Assembly (NCBI RefSeq): GCF_018977255.1
Contig: NW_024704743.1
Coordinates: 79,672,001-79,736,000 of the forward strand
Length of the DNA: 64,000 bases
Origin: Callorhinchus milii
Taxonomy: Eukaryota
Direction: 5' to 3'
Shown here: in pieces, positions 63,553 through 64,000 of the stretch
How positions within the stretch are numbered: position 1 is the stretch's first letter
Layout: the number at the start of each line of letters is the position of its first letter
The notes under the pieces: generated by a model
Database searches by the model: none
What the model was told of the DNA's origin: nothing
What the model saw: only the letters and a program-made list of their open reading frames with translations
Program-made: the position numbers and the translations under genes

Positions 63553-64000
63553 TTTGCTGCTATGGACCGTGAAGGTATAATAACACAATGTTTGGTGAGT
63601 GTTTCCATGTGGAAATGGAAAAGTGCTATGGTTCAGCGCCAAATCCTAATTAGTCTGGCTGGTGCTAAGGCAGCCATATGCCAATTTGCTTCAATTTAGT
63701 CCAGTTCTGATATGCAATCACTTCATGGAATATTCATATTCCAGCATCACTTCAAGCACTGGCTCTGAAACATTGCCCAAGGGTCTGGGAGCTGTGGAAA
63801 CTGCCCCAGATTTATTAATGGGGGTAGATTCCACAGCAGCTGTGACAACAGAAGAACAACTGCAGTTGTTTTTAGTCACGGATCGCATACCTCATCATGT
63901 CTCTTCCCAATGGCTTAGGAACGTCTGGACAGCCCAATGAGTGAAAAGGCGTATCACTGGCAAGTACAGAACTGTTCAACATGCCAGGAGCAAGAAACAA

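Noticed and set aside
1..64000. CRISPR array, operon or prokaryotic defence system
   Set aside because: The sequence is eukaryotic. The recurring motifs are dispersed SINE and LINE tails, not regularly spaced repeats.

Overview
This is repeat-dense vertebrate DNA. The repeat families point to a cartilaginous fish, probably a chimaera or elephant-shark relative; that assignment is inferred from repeats only. I could not identify any host protein-coding gene, true tRNA, rRNA or CRISPR array, and almost every ORF in the track is a piece of an L2 or CR1 LINE or a SINE. The window holds many 5'-truncated L2 copies from at least four subfamilies, including three near-identical young copies. It also holds three tRNA-derived SINE families (two with a Deu-like core and an L2-type tail), CR1 3' fragments, an internally deleted hAT transposon inside a palindromic element, a two-copy MITE family and a decayed LINE zinc-knuckle fragment. 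The best-supported observations are a graded SINE series whose 3' stem-loop ends up matching the young L2, a multi-layer nested L2 stack at 21.3-24.2 kb, and a tail-to-tail SINE hairpin at about 9.0 kb. Several TE-free islands may be constrained, and two of them carry well-formed minus-strand non-coding exon signals. I found no convincing new biological system. Boundaries of old repeats are approximate, to within tens of bp.
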